Below are positions 26,301 through 38,930 of a stretch of DNA of 64,000 nt, in pieces. The first letter of the stretch is position 1. The number at the start of each line of letters is the position of its first letter. The stretch is from assembly GCF_009834535.1 (NCBI RefSeq), contig NC_045697.1, positions 43,340,001-43,404,000 on the forward strand, given 5' to 3'. This stretch comes from Camelus ferus (lineage: Eukaryota). A program made the position numbers and the translations under genes. The notes below the pieces were generated by a model. The model was not told the origin of the DNA, made no database searches, and saw only the letters and a program-made list of their open reading frames with translations.

Positions 26301-27002
26301 CGAGCTCTACAAATTTTAAATAAATGGATGGATGGATAGGTGAATGGATAAAAAAAAAAAAAAATACAAGACCATGTAATAGGAATTCTAAAGTGACTTA
26401 AAGCTTTAACATTGTGTAATTCTCTTTTAGCATTGATTGACTACCAGGGCCTTTGATGAAGTGAGTATCTCTGAGGATTTATATAAATTAATGTGGAGAA
26501 AAGATCTCCCTCCCCTGAGGAACTGGGGTGTTTTCTCCTTATGGACAGAGCAGCTGATAGACCACCCCTCTGGCCTTATCTTTGTGTAATGACAAGTTTA
26601 TTCTTTTTGGTGTGTGTGTCTAACTTGTGCTATTGTGGCTTCCTTCTTGGCTTCATGAGCATAAAAATCCACTGAGGATAAAAAACAAAGGATCAGAAAG
26701 GAGGCAAAGGTAAACCTGAGCCTGACTGAATGCACAGATGCAGTGTTAAGCTTCATACTGCAAAGAAATGAAGTTTGAGAGGAAAATGCAGAGAATGGGA
26801 GATAGCAGCTGGTTTATACTTACATGTACTTCCTGCACTAGTCACTAGTCTTAGCTTCTCCCTACTGACTTATCCAAACGCAGTGGTGCGTATTCTCCCA
26901 TGAGAAACAGTACCAGTTTTATGTAACTAATTTCATTCAAAGGACTCATAATTACTGTCTGTAGAAGCCTATTATGCTTAGAAGGAATCATGCTATTTAG
27001 AC

Positions 27003-27005
27003 AAA

Positions 27006-27056
<51 letters not shown>
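27003..27056. repeat. Poly(A) plus (AT)n microsatellite
   Basis: Directly visible. Confidence 0.97.
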
Positions 27057-27062
<6 letters not shown>

Positions 27063-28559
27063 ACATTTTGATCTGGATAAAGGCCAGATTTTCTTCAATA
27101 AGAAATCATACTATTCCCTCTGCTTCATGGAAACTACAGTTTAAAGTCTTTCTTCTACTGAGGTATTGTATATCACATGAACCTTACAATCTGTCTAGCA
27201 TTTTCGTCATTTCCTTATTTTTCTGGCCTTTTCTTCATACTTTTTAAAAATCTCCTTGCATTGGCCTCCTGAGCCAGTTGGAGTAATATTATGAAGCAAA
27301 TGGCCAGACATAATGACTTTCCAAGGTCCTTGTGCCTCCTTATTAGCATTCAGTTAGCATAAGTCCTGACTTTATTATTGACTACATTGAATACACAAGA
27401 CACTGACCTCTGCCATCTGCGACTAAATCTCTTCCTGCAGATCTATCAGAATGGTTTCATATATGGAGGAAGCAAGAGAAAACAAAGCAGCAGACACTTA
27501 TCTTTTCTGTCCCTAGAAACTTTAACACACTCACATCTGCAATCCAAAAAAGAAAAAACAGCCCCCTTTGCATTAATTACCGTAAAATCTGGAGTGAGGG
27601 TTGGAGCATAACCAAGAAGAAAAATTCAATATGGCAACCCCAGACTCATCTTCCTAAACTAAGGTAAGACCGCTGAAAAAACAGAACCAGATATATCTGC
27701 CCACCACAAAGCAAGATGACCAGCATACATAGTTTATTACAGAGCTTTAAAATGAAGTGATAGGACCCAAGGAATGCACTGATTGAGTGATAATGACTTT
27801 ACCCTCTGTGAATATGGGGAAGTTTGCCAGTATAAGATAGCCTTACATTCCCAGTTATTCCCATACACAGTCATACTCACAGAAGGGCTGATGACACATT
27901 CTGAGGGAAATATACTATGGAAATTATGCACTCTGGCCTTGAAGCTTTGGTGAGTGCAGAAAGGGAGGCCAGCAGACAACTGTGATATGATACACTGAGC
28001 TTTGTTCTGAAGACCTGGGCTTGAGTCTGGATTCTGCCGCAAACTTTGTGATGAAAAGTGACTCCAACTCCCTTAATCTCCTTCTTTTTTTTTATTTGAC
28101 AAATAGTAGGATTTTAGATGATCTCACGCCAACATGAGCCATTTATGCAGAAATTTATCACCATTCCTTTCTTTTCTTGCCCCTACTAAATTGGATTATG
28201 CCTTTCTGGCATTACAGAAGCATATTGTCCCATATATCTCTGCTACCAGAGGTGAAATGATCTGGTCACATGTCAATTTTAAGAGGTGGTAAAAAAGAAA
28301 ACTATACCAATGTAGGCTGTTTAAAAGATGAGTTTTTCTCCTAGCATATTTAATTGAATTTTAATGGTGAAGAAGATGGAAGGAAGGGCAAATGCGGAAG
28401 CTTGAATAAGAAGCCATGGTTTGACCTAAATGTAGATAAACTAACATCAACCGTCCAATATTCTCAGGAAGACTGAGGCTTTTCTGCTTCCCTGAAGCAC
28501 TTTCTTCTCCCCATTCCTTTATCAGTCTACTTGACAAGAGAACAAATACAGCTCAGATC

Positions 28560-28810
28560 TGTAGAGTATGTTGGAGTTTGTAAAGCTCTTTCAAATATGT
28601 TATCACATTTAGCTGCTAACACAACGCTTTGCCTTCAGTTAGGTCTGTATGTCTGTATGCATGTATTATTGTTACGACTTGCAGATAAGAAAACTAAATT
28701 AGAGGAAGGTTAGATTCCTAAATAGTTTATATATCTAGGAAAACACTGAGCTGAGATCCCAAACCAGGTTTTCAGACTGTAAGTTCCCAATGTCTTTTTA
28801 TTCCATGGCA
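28560..28810 (-). mobile_element. MIR SINE (degenerate)
   Basis: ttgcagataagaaaactaaattagaggaaggttag...gagctgagatcccaaaccagg. Confidence 0.7.
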
Positions 28811-29169
28811 TGCCACCAACTACCCCAACCTCAGTACACAATAGGAACCTCAGCTTAAGAAAAAGAATTTTATCTCCTTCCTTGATTCATGCCAAATAAA
28901 TCCAAAACATGAGGGAGAGGTTAATGATTCCAGAAGTAACTTTTGCGTGCTCCAGTACAATACCAAAAGAGAGTCAATGGAAGACAAATAAGTTGTAAAA
29001 TAGGAGAAAATGTAAGAAGTTTGCAGTGGTTTTAACTGGATACATGTAAGAGAGAGCTGTGAAAATGTCATAAATCATATTCTATATGGAAATGTACTAT
29101 ATGGAAAATGTTCATCAACTATATTCCATTAAAACTTAAGAAGAAACAATTGAGATTAGATGTAAACAT

Positions 29170-29920
29170 AATTTTAACAACTTTTTCTTAATATAAAATT
29201 AATGCATGTTTACTCTTTTAAAGGTTAAAAACACAAATGAACAAAAAGAATAAAATTACAAGCTGTTATTATCTCTTCACCCCCAAATAACCATGATTAT
29301 ATTGGTACAGATCCTATCTGGCTGTGTTTTCTATGCATAAAAATGTATTCTTCTTTCCTATATGCTACATATAATTTCATAAGCTTTCTTTTTTCACAGC
29401 AATTTGATGTGAACATTTGTCCATATTATTGAATGTTCTGCAACAATATTAAAAAGGCTACAAAGTATCCCATTTACAGGAATATGCTAAAATTTAGTTA
29501 GCCAATTCCATAGTTACATCGTCTCCTATTTTTGATACTTATAGATAATGTTTCAGTAACACCCTTGTAAACATATTTTTGCACCTTTTGATAACTGGGC
29601 TGTAGGGGTGCACCCTAGGGGAAATTTCTAAAAACAGAACCGATTAGTAAATAGGTACGCAATTATGAGCTTTTTTTTACCCACTGCCAAATTGCCCTCC
29701 AGAAAGCTGAAACCAAGTTACACCCACTTGCAACGTGGGCTCACACCACTCCCTCTCCAGCGCCGGCTATTATACTATTTACTAATCACATTGTGATACA
29801 TGATGTATAATATTTCACTGGGGTTTTAATTTGCATTTATCTATCTCTTAGTGTGAAATTTTTCCCACATGTTCATTGAACATCTATATGTCTTCTTTTA
29901 TGAATTATTAATTTATATCT
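29170..29920 (-). mobile_element. Old L1ME-like fragment
   Basis: ctgccaaattgccctccagaaag...gttttaatttgcattt...cttcttttatgaatt. Confidence 0.8.
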
Positions 29921-30119
29921 AAGAAAGAAAATGTTTGACAGTGACGTACCACAGTAAGTATAAGAATGCTTTTCTCTGGAGTTCTTTAATATAATCATCT
30001 AAACCAGTTCTAGTAAAAACCCTTCTTGAAAACAGGGAGGACTGAACTAGATGAATTCATAAGAGCCCTACTGATCCTAAATTTCACTCACTCATTTATT
30101 CATTTAATCCTCTCCTGAA

Positions 30120-30520
30120 TCCTTACTTTGTGTAACATTTTATAAATTTATATAGAGCTTTCTCATGCAATATTTTATCTGATCTTCACGATAACACTAT
30201 GAAAGGCATTACTGACCCAGGTCTGTAAATGTCTTCAAGAAGCACAGAAATTCCTTCAACTAAGTAAATAATTTGTGTATTTGAGCACAAGGACATTTGT
30301 TCATTGGGGAACATCCTGTAGCTTTCATCAGAATCTTAAAGGCTGAGAATCGATGCCTTGTGAGAAAGAGAAGAAAGCTCTTCCCAGCTCTGTTTCACAA
30401 GTAAGAAAAAAGACCCCCTCCTTAAAGTTAACTGCCTTGTCTAAGGCCTCAAGGCCAATCAGTGGTGAGAACGAGGACTAGCCCTGGTAGTTCCGAGTTC
30501 AGCGCAATTCCCACTGTCAC
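30120..30520. mobile_element. MIR (minus strand) interrupted by a hAT-Charlie MITE (MER103-like, ~30217-30358)
   Basis: tagctttcatcagaatcttaaagg motif; flanks tttatctgatcttcacgataac and agttaactgccttgtctaagg. Confidence 0.55.
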
Positions 30521-30559
30521 TCAAGTGGAAAGAAGAGGTGTAGAAGCGTAGCACGTCAT

Positions 30560-31555
30560 CCTTGCCTCAGGAGCATAATGACCATTAGAGGAGCCAAGAC
30601 TTAGGCATGCAAAGCTAAACAAGGTAAGTAAAGAATATCACTTTCCAATAGATTTCCTAAGACCTTGTGCTAGACAATAAATGACTTGAATTTCAGAAAT
30701 CATCTGAAAAGTTCAAAGTAGCCTTCAGAGAGAAAATCTGGACTGAGATCTACTAAGATGAATGGGAGAAAGAGAATTCACGAAGAGGAGAGAGAAAGAA
30801 ATGTGAGAGCATTGGGCCTCGTGTAGAAATGTGCACGTTCCAGAGACACTCGATAGACCACTGAGACTTTGGGAAAGAATTTCTACATATACACATTGTG
30901 CTGAGCGTTGGAACCACTCAGTGTAGGTTTGTACCCTGGGAAGAGCTATTTAACTTACCTAGGTTGCAGTTTAGTTACCAGGAAAATAAGGATAATAGTA
31001 TTTAGCTTGAAGGGAAAATTTAACAAAATTGCCCGCCACGCATATAGCACGGCACTTCTCACAAAGCAGAGTCTCTATGAATTACTCACCCACCCCCAAG
31101 AAAAATATACACTTGAAAAGACAGGTTGAGACAAGATTTTAGAGAACACTGAATGCAAAGCTAAGAGTTTTGGGAAATCCTTTAGGATCTGTTGCTCTGA
31201 ATAGCAGTGATATGATAAAAACAATGTTTAACAATGATAAATTTCACATTTGGGGACATGATCAGTTAAAAATTAGAAAGAAAGGGAGTTGAGAAGAATA
31301 GCCAAAAGATTATTTATATATTCCACACCTAAGAAGTGGTAATGTCTGGTCTTGATGCTAGCAGGGCAACTCGAAAGAAAGGTACAAATAAAAAGAGACA
31401 TTTTGAAGGATTTGATTAGCAATGAAAGAAAAAGGAGAAAAAAGATAGCTGTGAATGACAATACTTAAGGATATCAAAAATAAGAGCTAATTAGGAGAGG
31501 TGAACATTGTTGTCTTTTAAACAAATTGAGTTTGAAATGACAATAGAATGTCCTA
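30560..31555 (-). mobile_element. Degenerate L2 fragments with embedded MIR (~30930-31085)
   Basis: gaatgcaaagctaagagtttt...aaattgagtttgaaatg. Confidence 0.55.
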
Positions 31556-32165
31556 TCTGCCGGGTTTCAGCCAAAAACCATTCAAGTTAATTTAAGCAGA
31601 AAAAGATTTGAAACAGGGAATTAAATACTTACGAACAACTGAGAGCACTAGAAGAGAGGCTGGCCCTCCAGAAATAACTGCTAGAGGACTACGACCGAGC
31701 GGGTCTGCCAGGGATGCGGTTAACTCTGCCAGTGTCAGGACGATAGGTGTTTAGGAGGCGCCTGGTAAGGTGATTCTTCATGTCAGGATCCCACCACTGT
31801 AACTGTGGTCCAGAATCATGAAGCTGGTGCTGTTACTGCTGCCGCTCTCCACAGCCACAAAGTGAGTTAGTGGGCCCGATCCAGCGCTGCAGAGAAGCCC
31901 AGCACGTGTCCATGGCGTGCTGGGGAGCAGCGCAATGCGAAAGCAGCTGGACCACGGCCTCGCTTCGTTTCCGCCTTCCCAGTCTCGCAGACACACAGCT
32001 AATAGGCAGAACCTGTTTTGAACCCAGGGGCCTAGCTACAGGGGAGTCTGGGGGATGTAGTATTTTGTTTTGTTTTTAATTTTTTTCAGTTTTCCAGACT
32101 CTGCACTTTATGAAGGCCCAAGAGAAGGCAGTTGGAATGGAGACACTGCCAAACTACCACATCCA
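31556..32165 (-). mobile_element. Ancient MaLR/ERVL LTR (MLT1-like)
   Basis: aaccattcaagttaatttaagcagaaa...cctagctacaggggagtctgggggatgtagt. Confidence 0.7.
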
Positions 32166-32519
32166 CCAACATGCCTCTGTGTAAATATTCAGTAGGTATT
32201 TGGAGAAGCATCGCTAAAGCTCACACGAGAGATAGCAGCTAAAGATAAGGGTATCGGAGTAAATAGGAGAAAGATGATAGTTAACCTAATTTTCTGTTTG
32301 AATATCTTACAGAAATGAAAAACAAAGCCCGAAAGACTTACAACTGAAGTTTGCAACTACTTGTACACAAATCATTGGGTTTATGACACAATGAATACCT
32401 CTAGGTGTCCACCAGGGCAGGACCAAAAAGGTGAGGGCCAGGAGCACCCAACCATTGTCCACAGACAACTGACATACAGTGTGATTTCAAGAGCACTGGA
32501 GTGACCCTAATGGTTAACT

Positions 32520-32960
32520 CCCCAACATCCCTTCCTCCCCATGTGATTAATCTTAGCCAGTTAAGCCAGTATGGTTCCCCTTGCAAGTAATTGGCTTAAT
32601 AATGCACAGAAGAGTGGATTCTGACCAGTTATCACTGGCAGTGGCACGGCTTGGCAGTGGCAGGAGAAAGTTTTCTCACTCAGAGAAAGAAAGAGACAAC
32701 AAGAGAATGAGATGCTCTCATGCTTTCTATGGGCATTGGCCTTTTTGAATGTGACCCCTGGAACAGACACTGCGATCCTGCCTGAGAATGAGGCCACTAA
32801 ATAGCAGAGGGTGGAGCCAAGAGAATCATATAGAAAAAAACCTGGCACCCTCAAGAACTACTACACCTGGGCCTCTATTCCCCCACACCATTCTTTGTTA
32901 AATTGGGCAATTTGAGCAGAGTTTTCTGTTACTCACAGCCAAAGACATTATCACTGATTC
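32520..32960 (+). mobile_element. MLT1J/K-like MaLR LTR
   Basis: ttccccttgcaagtaattggctt...gttttctgttactcacagccaaagacatt..actgat. Confidence 0.75.
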
Positions 32961-34439
32961 CAGCACCATGTTCCCCATGACACTGTCCATTAGATTTTCG
33001 ATCTTTCCTAACCTGTAATTTTCTCTACAAATAATAATCAATATATTTAAGTAGTCTAAAAAAACGTATGTATGGAACGCCATTTGAAGACTGTATTTAT
33101 CTTTCAAGATTATTTTATTCAATTCAATTATTCAATTCAACTGAATCAAAAGGCTCAGAAATCAGAAGGCATTTATTCTTCAAGATTCAACTGGATTCTA
33201 ATTTGAGCTTAAGTTAGGTTTGCCATGGGGTCTTTGACATGTGTGGAAACATGTGGTGAACTGATGGAGTGTGTGCCCTCAGCATTCATTTGAATGAGCT
33301 TATTTTAGGTAGAAATTGAGGAAAGAGTCTCCATTTCAGAGGAAGGGAGAGAGCATGCCTGTCCTGACTCAGCCCCATGAATATCTAATGCCCCCACTGG
33401 AAAAAGTCAGAATGAGTTAAAAAGCTGAAGGAACTGTTTTTTCTAGGGACTCTTTGAGATAGGCCACAAGCAACCCGAATTGGTACCTTGGTGAGGAAGC
33501 ATGGTGAGGAGAGTGGTTGAAAGACACCACTCTCCCTGCTCCTCTATGGCTAAACGCAGCTTTGGCACATTGAGGGCTCTGAAGAGCAAAGTCACCCGGC
33601 ATCTCTCGGTGCTTGGCCACTTGGGGAATACTGAACAACCAGGACGTCAGGAGCACTCTTAGCCATGCCACTGCGACTGAAGCTCACACAGAACACTGGC
33701 TGTAATGGCTGCACACAGACTGCACACAAATAATTTCAAGGTCAAAGTCTTGGAAAGTGAGGCCAGAACAAGAGAGGCAGAACTCAGCAGATGTTGTGTG
33801 GACAATACAGTTCACCGGATTGTGTGTGAAGACATGTGAGACTGACCTGGTGCTTCCAGTAAACTGGTTCCGCTGTGATCAGGAGGAATCCAACAACAAG
33901 TCAACCAGGGGTTATTACCATTAAGGTGGCACCATTAGTGGGAACTCAGGCTGCATTTTGTATTCTAGGCTTTATCCCTGGATAAAATCTTCATCAAGAA
34001 GGTAGGAAGAATGCTAGACACATTCCGGCCCTGAACAGAACTGGGATTCTGACCTCATGCTCACAGCCTCGGTTACGGCATACTGTAAACATCTGGAAAC
34101 CCACCATCGCTTCCATCGTAAGGATCTTATTGAGAACAAGATTGGTGTGTCTCCCATTAGATTCATGTAAGAAATTTGCTTCAGCCCTAATTACCAGGAA
34201 AGCTCTATCCTTCCTGAAGAGTGTGTGTTTTCTTCTTCGAAGGCAATGAGGATTTGCTGCCCACTCCTGTTTCTCTCCCTCCTTTTGCCCAGCCTCAGGC
34301 TAACTTTCCCCTGAGGGTTCTCATCCTACTTGCTCTCTATTTTCCCTTGTTCTGCACCCGCCCCATGCTCATTGTGTATAGAAGGCTAGTGAACAACTGC
34401 CTTTAAGAACTGAGGTGTGGGGGCAGGGTGAAGGGTAAG

Positions 34440-34590
34440 AAAGACAGAAGGGCCACAAGAAGGGAGGAAGGTTGGCTGGGAGAGAGGAGAGAGGAAAAAG
34501 AGGATGGAAGAAAGGGGAAAGAGGAGAGAAGGTAAGAAGGGAAGAGAGGAGGGAGGAAGAGAGGAAGTAAAAGAAGAAAGGGGAAGGCAC
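34440..34590. repeat. GA-rich low-complexity tract
   Basis: Directly visible purine tract; explains the overlapping S/P/L/F-rich ORFs. Confidence 0.9.
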
Positions 34591-34809
34591 AAAGCAAAGG
34601 CGCAAAACGAGATGGAGCCTGACTGTGGAAGAGCGCCTCACAGTTGGTACCTAGCGCCTGCACAGGTTCTCCCTCGCTGGCTCCACTTAGAAGACGGTGA
34701 AATTCAATGATCAGGGAGCTAGTTACTAAGAAATTTTCCAAAATCAAGCACTAGTAATAACTGTTAGAGAGAGGACATAAAACTCCCTCCTGGTTTCGAA
34801 TTGAGTTGT

Positions 34810-35030
34810 CTTCCACGTGTACTGTACAAGGTGATAAGAAACACACACACAAGGACGTTGTCTCCCCAGGGCCCCTCATCCATGATGATTGGTGCCAAAG
34901 GTACAGAGGGGTCCTACGTCCTCGCCCATTAGCAGGCTAGAATATTCGCCGCAGTCCAGTTATCAGAGGAGTGAGTTATGACTCAGCACCCAGAGAGCGC
35001 AGCAGTGCCAGGATATAACCAGGGGCAGGG
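34810..35030. promoter_or_regulatory. Candidate enhancer/promoter with perfect ARE/NF-E2 site
   Basis: ATGACTCAGCA 34978-34988; CACGTG 34814-34819; TGATAA 34832-34837; ATTGG 34888-34892; motif presence only. Confidence 0.4.
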
Positions 35031-35906
35031 AACAAGCCAGCAGGGCTGAAAAACCCTGGAGGGGACCCTGAAGACTTGACAGGGGAGGGCAGGTGAAAGA
35101 AAGCCCCAGATTATTTATCTCTTATGACACATTAGTGGCCTAACTCAGCTAAATTTAGAAGGCTTTTTAGTAGAAAACAGGTAAGATTTAACTTTCAAAT
35201 CAGCTGAGTTTCCTAGTCAAACTGATAAACACCAATCTCAATTTGGTGATTTTTTTTTTACCTTTTACAATTTATTATTTTTAACAAGTATATATATACA
35301 TTCACAAACGAACATGAGTGTATGTATGTGTATGTATATATATATATGTATTCAGCAAAAGAGATCCATTATCCTTTAGAAAATTCTGCAAGATACATAA
35401 ACAATCTCTACTACATTACATAGCATTGTGTTTGTTATCATGGTGAAACAAAGAAAAATCAGTCTTTGTTTTTCCTGGAGTTTAAAAATCTAGCTGACTC
35501 ATAAAGATAAATACAGAGGATAAATGAACTCTCTAAAGTTAGTCATCAAAACACTTCCCTTATGCACGATCGGGGGCTATCTTTAGAAAGTTAAGGTGTG
35601 ATGATGGCTCACTTACTACCTGGAATTGCAATTCAGGGCCACAATCCTTCGCTTCAAATACTACAGATGTTGCAATAAGACAGCCTTGCCAGCTCTCCTT
35701 AGGGGAGAAACATGTGAAAATATCCACCCCAATTTTATGGACTAGGGCAAATAATAAGCAAAATACGATCTGGACAGTTTGTTGTACTAATTTTCAAAGT
35801 ACCAGGCTCTGCATATTTGGAATTAAACGGGGTAAAAGAAGATGAAACATTGCAACTTAGGTAAGAGGAATGTTTGGAGAACTTTATTAAACTCATCCTG
35901 TAACCT

Positions 35907-35985
35907 AAAAAAAAAAAAAAAACAACAAAAAAAAACCCCCACAAAAACACACAAAAACAAAAACAAAACGAAAAAACAACAGACA
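35907..35985. repeat. A-rich low-complexity tract (A-run followed by CAAAA-like units)
   Basis: Directly visible. Confidence 0.9.
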
Positions 35986-38589
35986 AAAGGACAGTCACCA
36001 GGCTGATGGCAAGTAAGCACTAAAGCACAAGTGAAGGCTGCAGGCCTTATTGCTGTCAGGGCTCTGTGTGGATTGACGGCACCCACTGCCATGAGCTGCA
36101 TCATTGTTATCTCACCTTACGTGAGCCTGAAAACTACCTCAGGGACTGCAGGGGAGGCATGGAACTACTTAGGCAAATGTCAACAATAAAATTCTAGGTC
36201 TATCTTATTTGTTTGTTTTTTATCTCTACCAAGTTTACATGAATAAAAGAGTCTATATTAAATGTCATGGGTGAAGAAGAAAAATTTTGAGCCACCTTGC
36301 AAAACAAAGCCGAAATTAGCAGACAAGAGAAATGTTTGCAGTCAGAATGAAAATTACAGTTGCCAATAGTGCAAATAGATACAGAAAGCTAATAAATCCC
36401 AAGTGACAACCAACTGATAAAATCTTAAGAACTCTAAATGAATAGAAATCTTAAAGCTTGTTTAAAAAAAAAGGGGGTGGGGGAATGACTTCATTGGATA
36501 AATCAGATAACTATGTATTTCATCCCAGAAGAAGAAATAAAAGAAATTCTGATTTCTTAATCTTAATTTTGGATTGTGATATGTATTCACCTTGGACTTG
36601 AGAGCAAAAGAAGAGCTGATTCTAAAATAAACATTGCTGCTACATGTCGGTGGCCTCAAGGAAATGTTGAGTTAGGAGGTGAGATAGGAAACCCAGATTT
36701 AATGTCCTTGGGGAAAACTAATGATCTAGTGAGTTACCTCAGGAGATGAGAAACTGAAAATTCAACTCAAAATATAAAAAGAATACATTGATGCTTTGTT
36801 CCCAAGTTTTTAGAAAGTCGTTGCTCCTCTGGAAAGCAGTAAGTGCAAATGCACAGAATTCTTAAGAAACAACTAAATTTATACCTATGAATTTTATCTT
36901 CCTTCATATTTTAGCTGTAGTAAGTTTACATCCTCTTCCCAATCTGTGATTCTTGCTTTCCATGTCCCGTTTTTAACTTAAGAATTTATGTTGAAGGAGA
37001 CAAAAAAAAAGGTAAATTAAAAATCCTTTACAAATCTCTATTAACTATCTTAGAGGGGGGAGCTTGTATTTCATTGACTGTAGTTTATGCAAATGGGACC
37101 GGAGGAATTAACATATTGGAAGGAGCTGACATTTGTCCTGATATATTGAATCGTTAGCGCGACAGAATCACTTAAGCTGGATTCACTAACATCAGGTTTC
37201 CTCTCATTATTGACCCCTACAGAGTAGGCTCTGACAAGTGGAACTGCTGCAAAGTTCATTAATAATGTGGAATAAATCAATTGTTCAGGAAATACTGAAA
37301 ACAGATGACACTGAACTCGTACATTTTGCAAGTTCAGCACAAATACATCCCCATCAAGGACACAGAATCTCCCCGTGTCCTTTTCTGACCTACCATGGTC
37401 TTCAACCTCGCCTGACCTCAAGCACCCCATGGGTGTACAGCTCCTCAGCCCCCTGGGGACACAGGAGACCAATGGTCATTCAAAAAGAAATAGCTTCAGG
37501 CCTGAAAAGAAAGAACACAGAGGCTTTTAAAAGACTTACAAACGTAACGTAACGTGAGTGATGGCCATGACACAGGGTGTGTGCTTGAGCTTTTTTCCAC
37601 ATTTATGGTTCAGATGTCAAATGTACTGTTTGTATTTCTCTGGACCGTAAATAACAAGACTGTAGCTCGTGTGGGTTAAAGGGTATTATCAAGAACAGGG
37701 AAAGGTCAAGAACAGAACCTGGCCCATTTTTTAAGAGGCAGGGTCACCTTCTTCCAGGATGTGAAGAATCTCTTACTGTAGATGTTACACCCTATGGCTA
37801 CAGGCAACAACATGCTTTTGAAGTAGAATCTGTTTGTAGCACTAGCATCACTTCAACAGTCTTCAAACTGTGATCGCTTAAATACCTCTGTCACCTAGAA
37901 GTTTTAATTTAAATATTGCTGTACTCTCAAAACCTTTAGCAGTGTGTGTTTCTACGTTATACAATATGATCAGCTTGTGTTAGTCTATGCTTTGAGGCAG
38001 AAATAACGTGGATAAAGGAAATCCACCGAGAATCCAAAAATAATCTGGTTTTAGCCAATAGATGCAACTTCTCACCCACCAAGCCTCAAATTGAAGCTCC
38101 TTTCCTTGATTGATTTTTCCCCTCCTCAGAATTGCTTAATAGAAATGCTAATGAGCAGTGTAATAACCAAAAGGAGGGTAGAATGAGGAAAAGGAAGAGA
38201 ATCAACAGAAGAGAATAATCTCCAGAGTAGGAAACTGGCCATAATCTACTGAAAATGAGTTACCCAAATTCTTACATTAGTGAATCATACTTTCTTTCTT
38301 TTTTTCTTTGTCAGATGGTATATATATTTTTAAAGGTGAGTTCCAGTATTATAGACATTACACACAAGATTCCTTGAGAGAAAAATGAACATGAAAACAT
38401 TTCCATTAAACCTTTTTTTTTTTGGTGGAGGAGGTAGTGGACAGTGTTTATATGAAACCTAAATTACCTTGGCATTTAGGTGATATCTCCTACCCCTCTG
38501 GTTTCATTTCTTTTAATTTTTTTTTAAATTAGGTTATCTATAAAGATTTCATGTGCCTCAGAACTTCTTTGAAATGATGAACAGAAGTC

Positions 38590-38930
38590 CCAGAGCACAT
38601 AAAACTGAGGCTCCCTCTGTGAGTGTGGCCTTCCCTGGTCTCTGACTGGCTCCTTCTCCAACTTCAGGTCTCAAGATAAATGTCACCTCTTCAGACCAAA
38701 CTCCTCTATTACTTCTTATGTTCACATCCTTTTGATTTTCTTTCTAGCCCTTACCATATTATATATTGCTATGTTTGTTCACTTACTAGCTCCTTTTGAA
38801 GTTTTTAGCTCCTACCGAATTAGAACATAAGCTCCGTGGGGGCAGTAATGCAGCCAATATTTTTCCATCGTAGTGACTGGCACATTGTAGAATGGTAATG
38901 AATATTCGTTAAAAGGATAAACAAATAAAA
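38590..38930 (+). mobile_element. L2 3' fragment
   Basis: cttcaggtctcaagataaatgtcacctcttcaga...tagaacataagctccgtgggggcag...ggcacattgtag. Confidence 0.8.

Noticed and set aside
34085..34100. tgtaaacatc, the 5' end of miR-30
   Set aside because: The match stops after 10 nt and there is no complementary arm for a pre-miRNA hairpin
34597..34620. LHLVLRL in minus-strand ORF 34369-34641, identical to the ubiquitin C-terminal motif
   Set aside because: No RGG, no similarity to ubiquitin beyond these residues, and the ORF runs into a GA-rich tract; chance match
36133..36142. Minus-strand TGAGGTAGT, a let-7-like start
   Set aside because: Only 9 nt match and no hairpin
992..37095. Several ATGCAAAT octamer motifs
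   Set aside because: The count is compatible with chance in AT-rich DNA; no snRNA gene or Ig-type promoter context nearby
37071..37552. 133-aa and 104-aa ORFs in unique sequence
   Set aside because: No recognisable domain, no convincing splice boundaries, and they overlap on opposite strands; more likely non-coding
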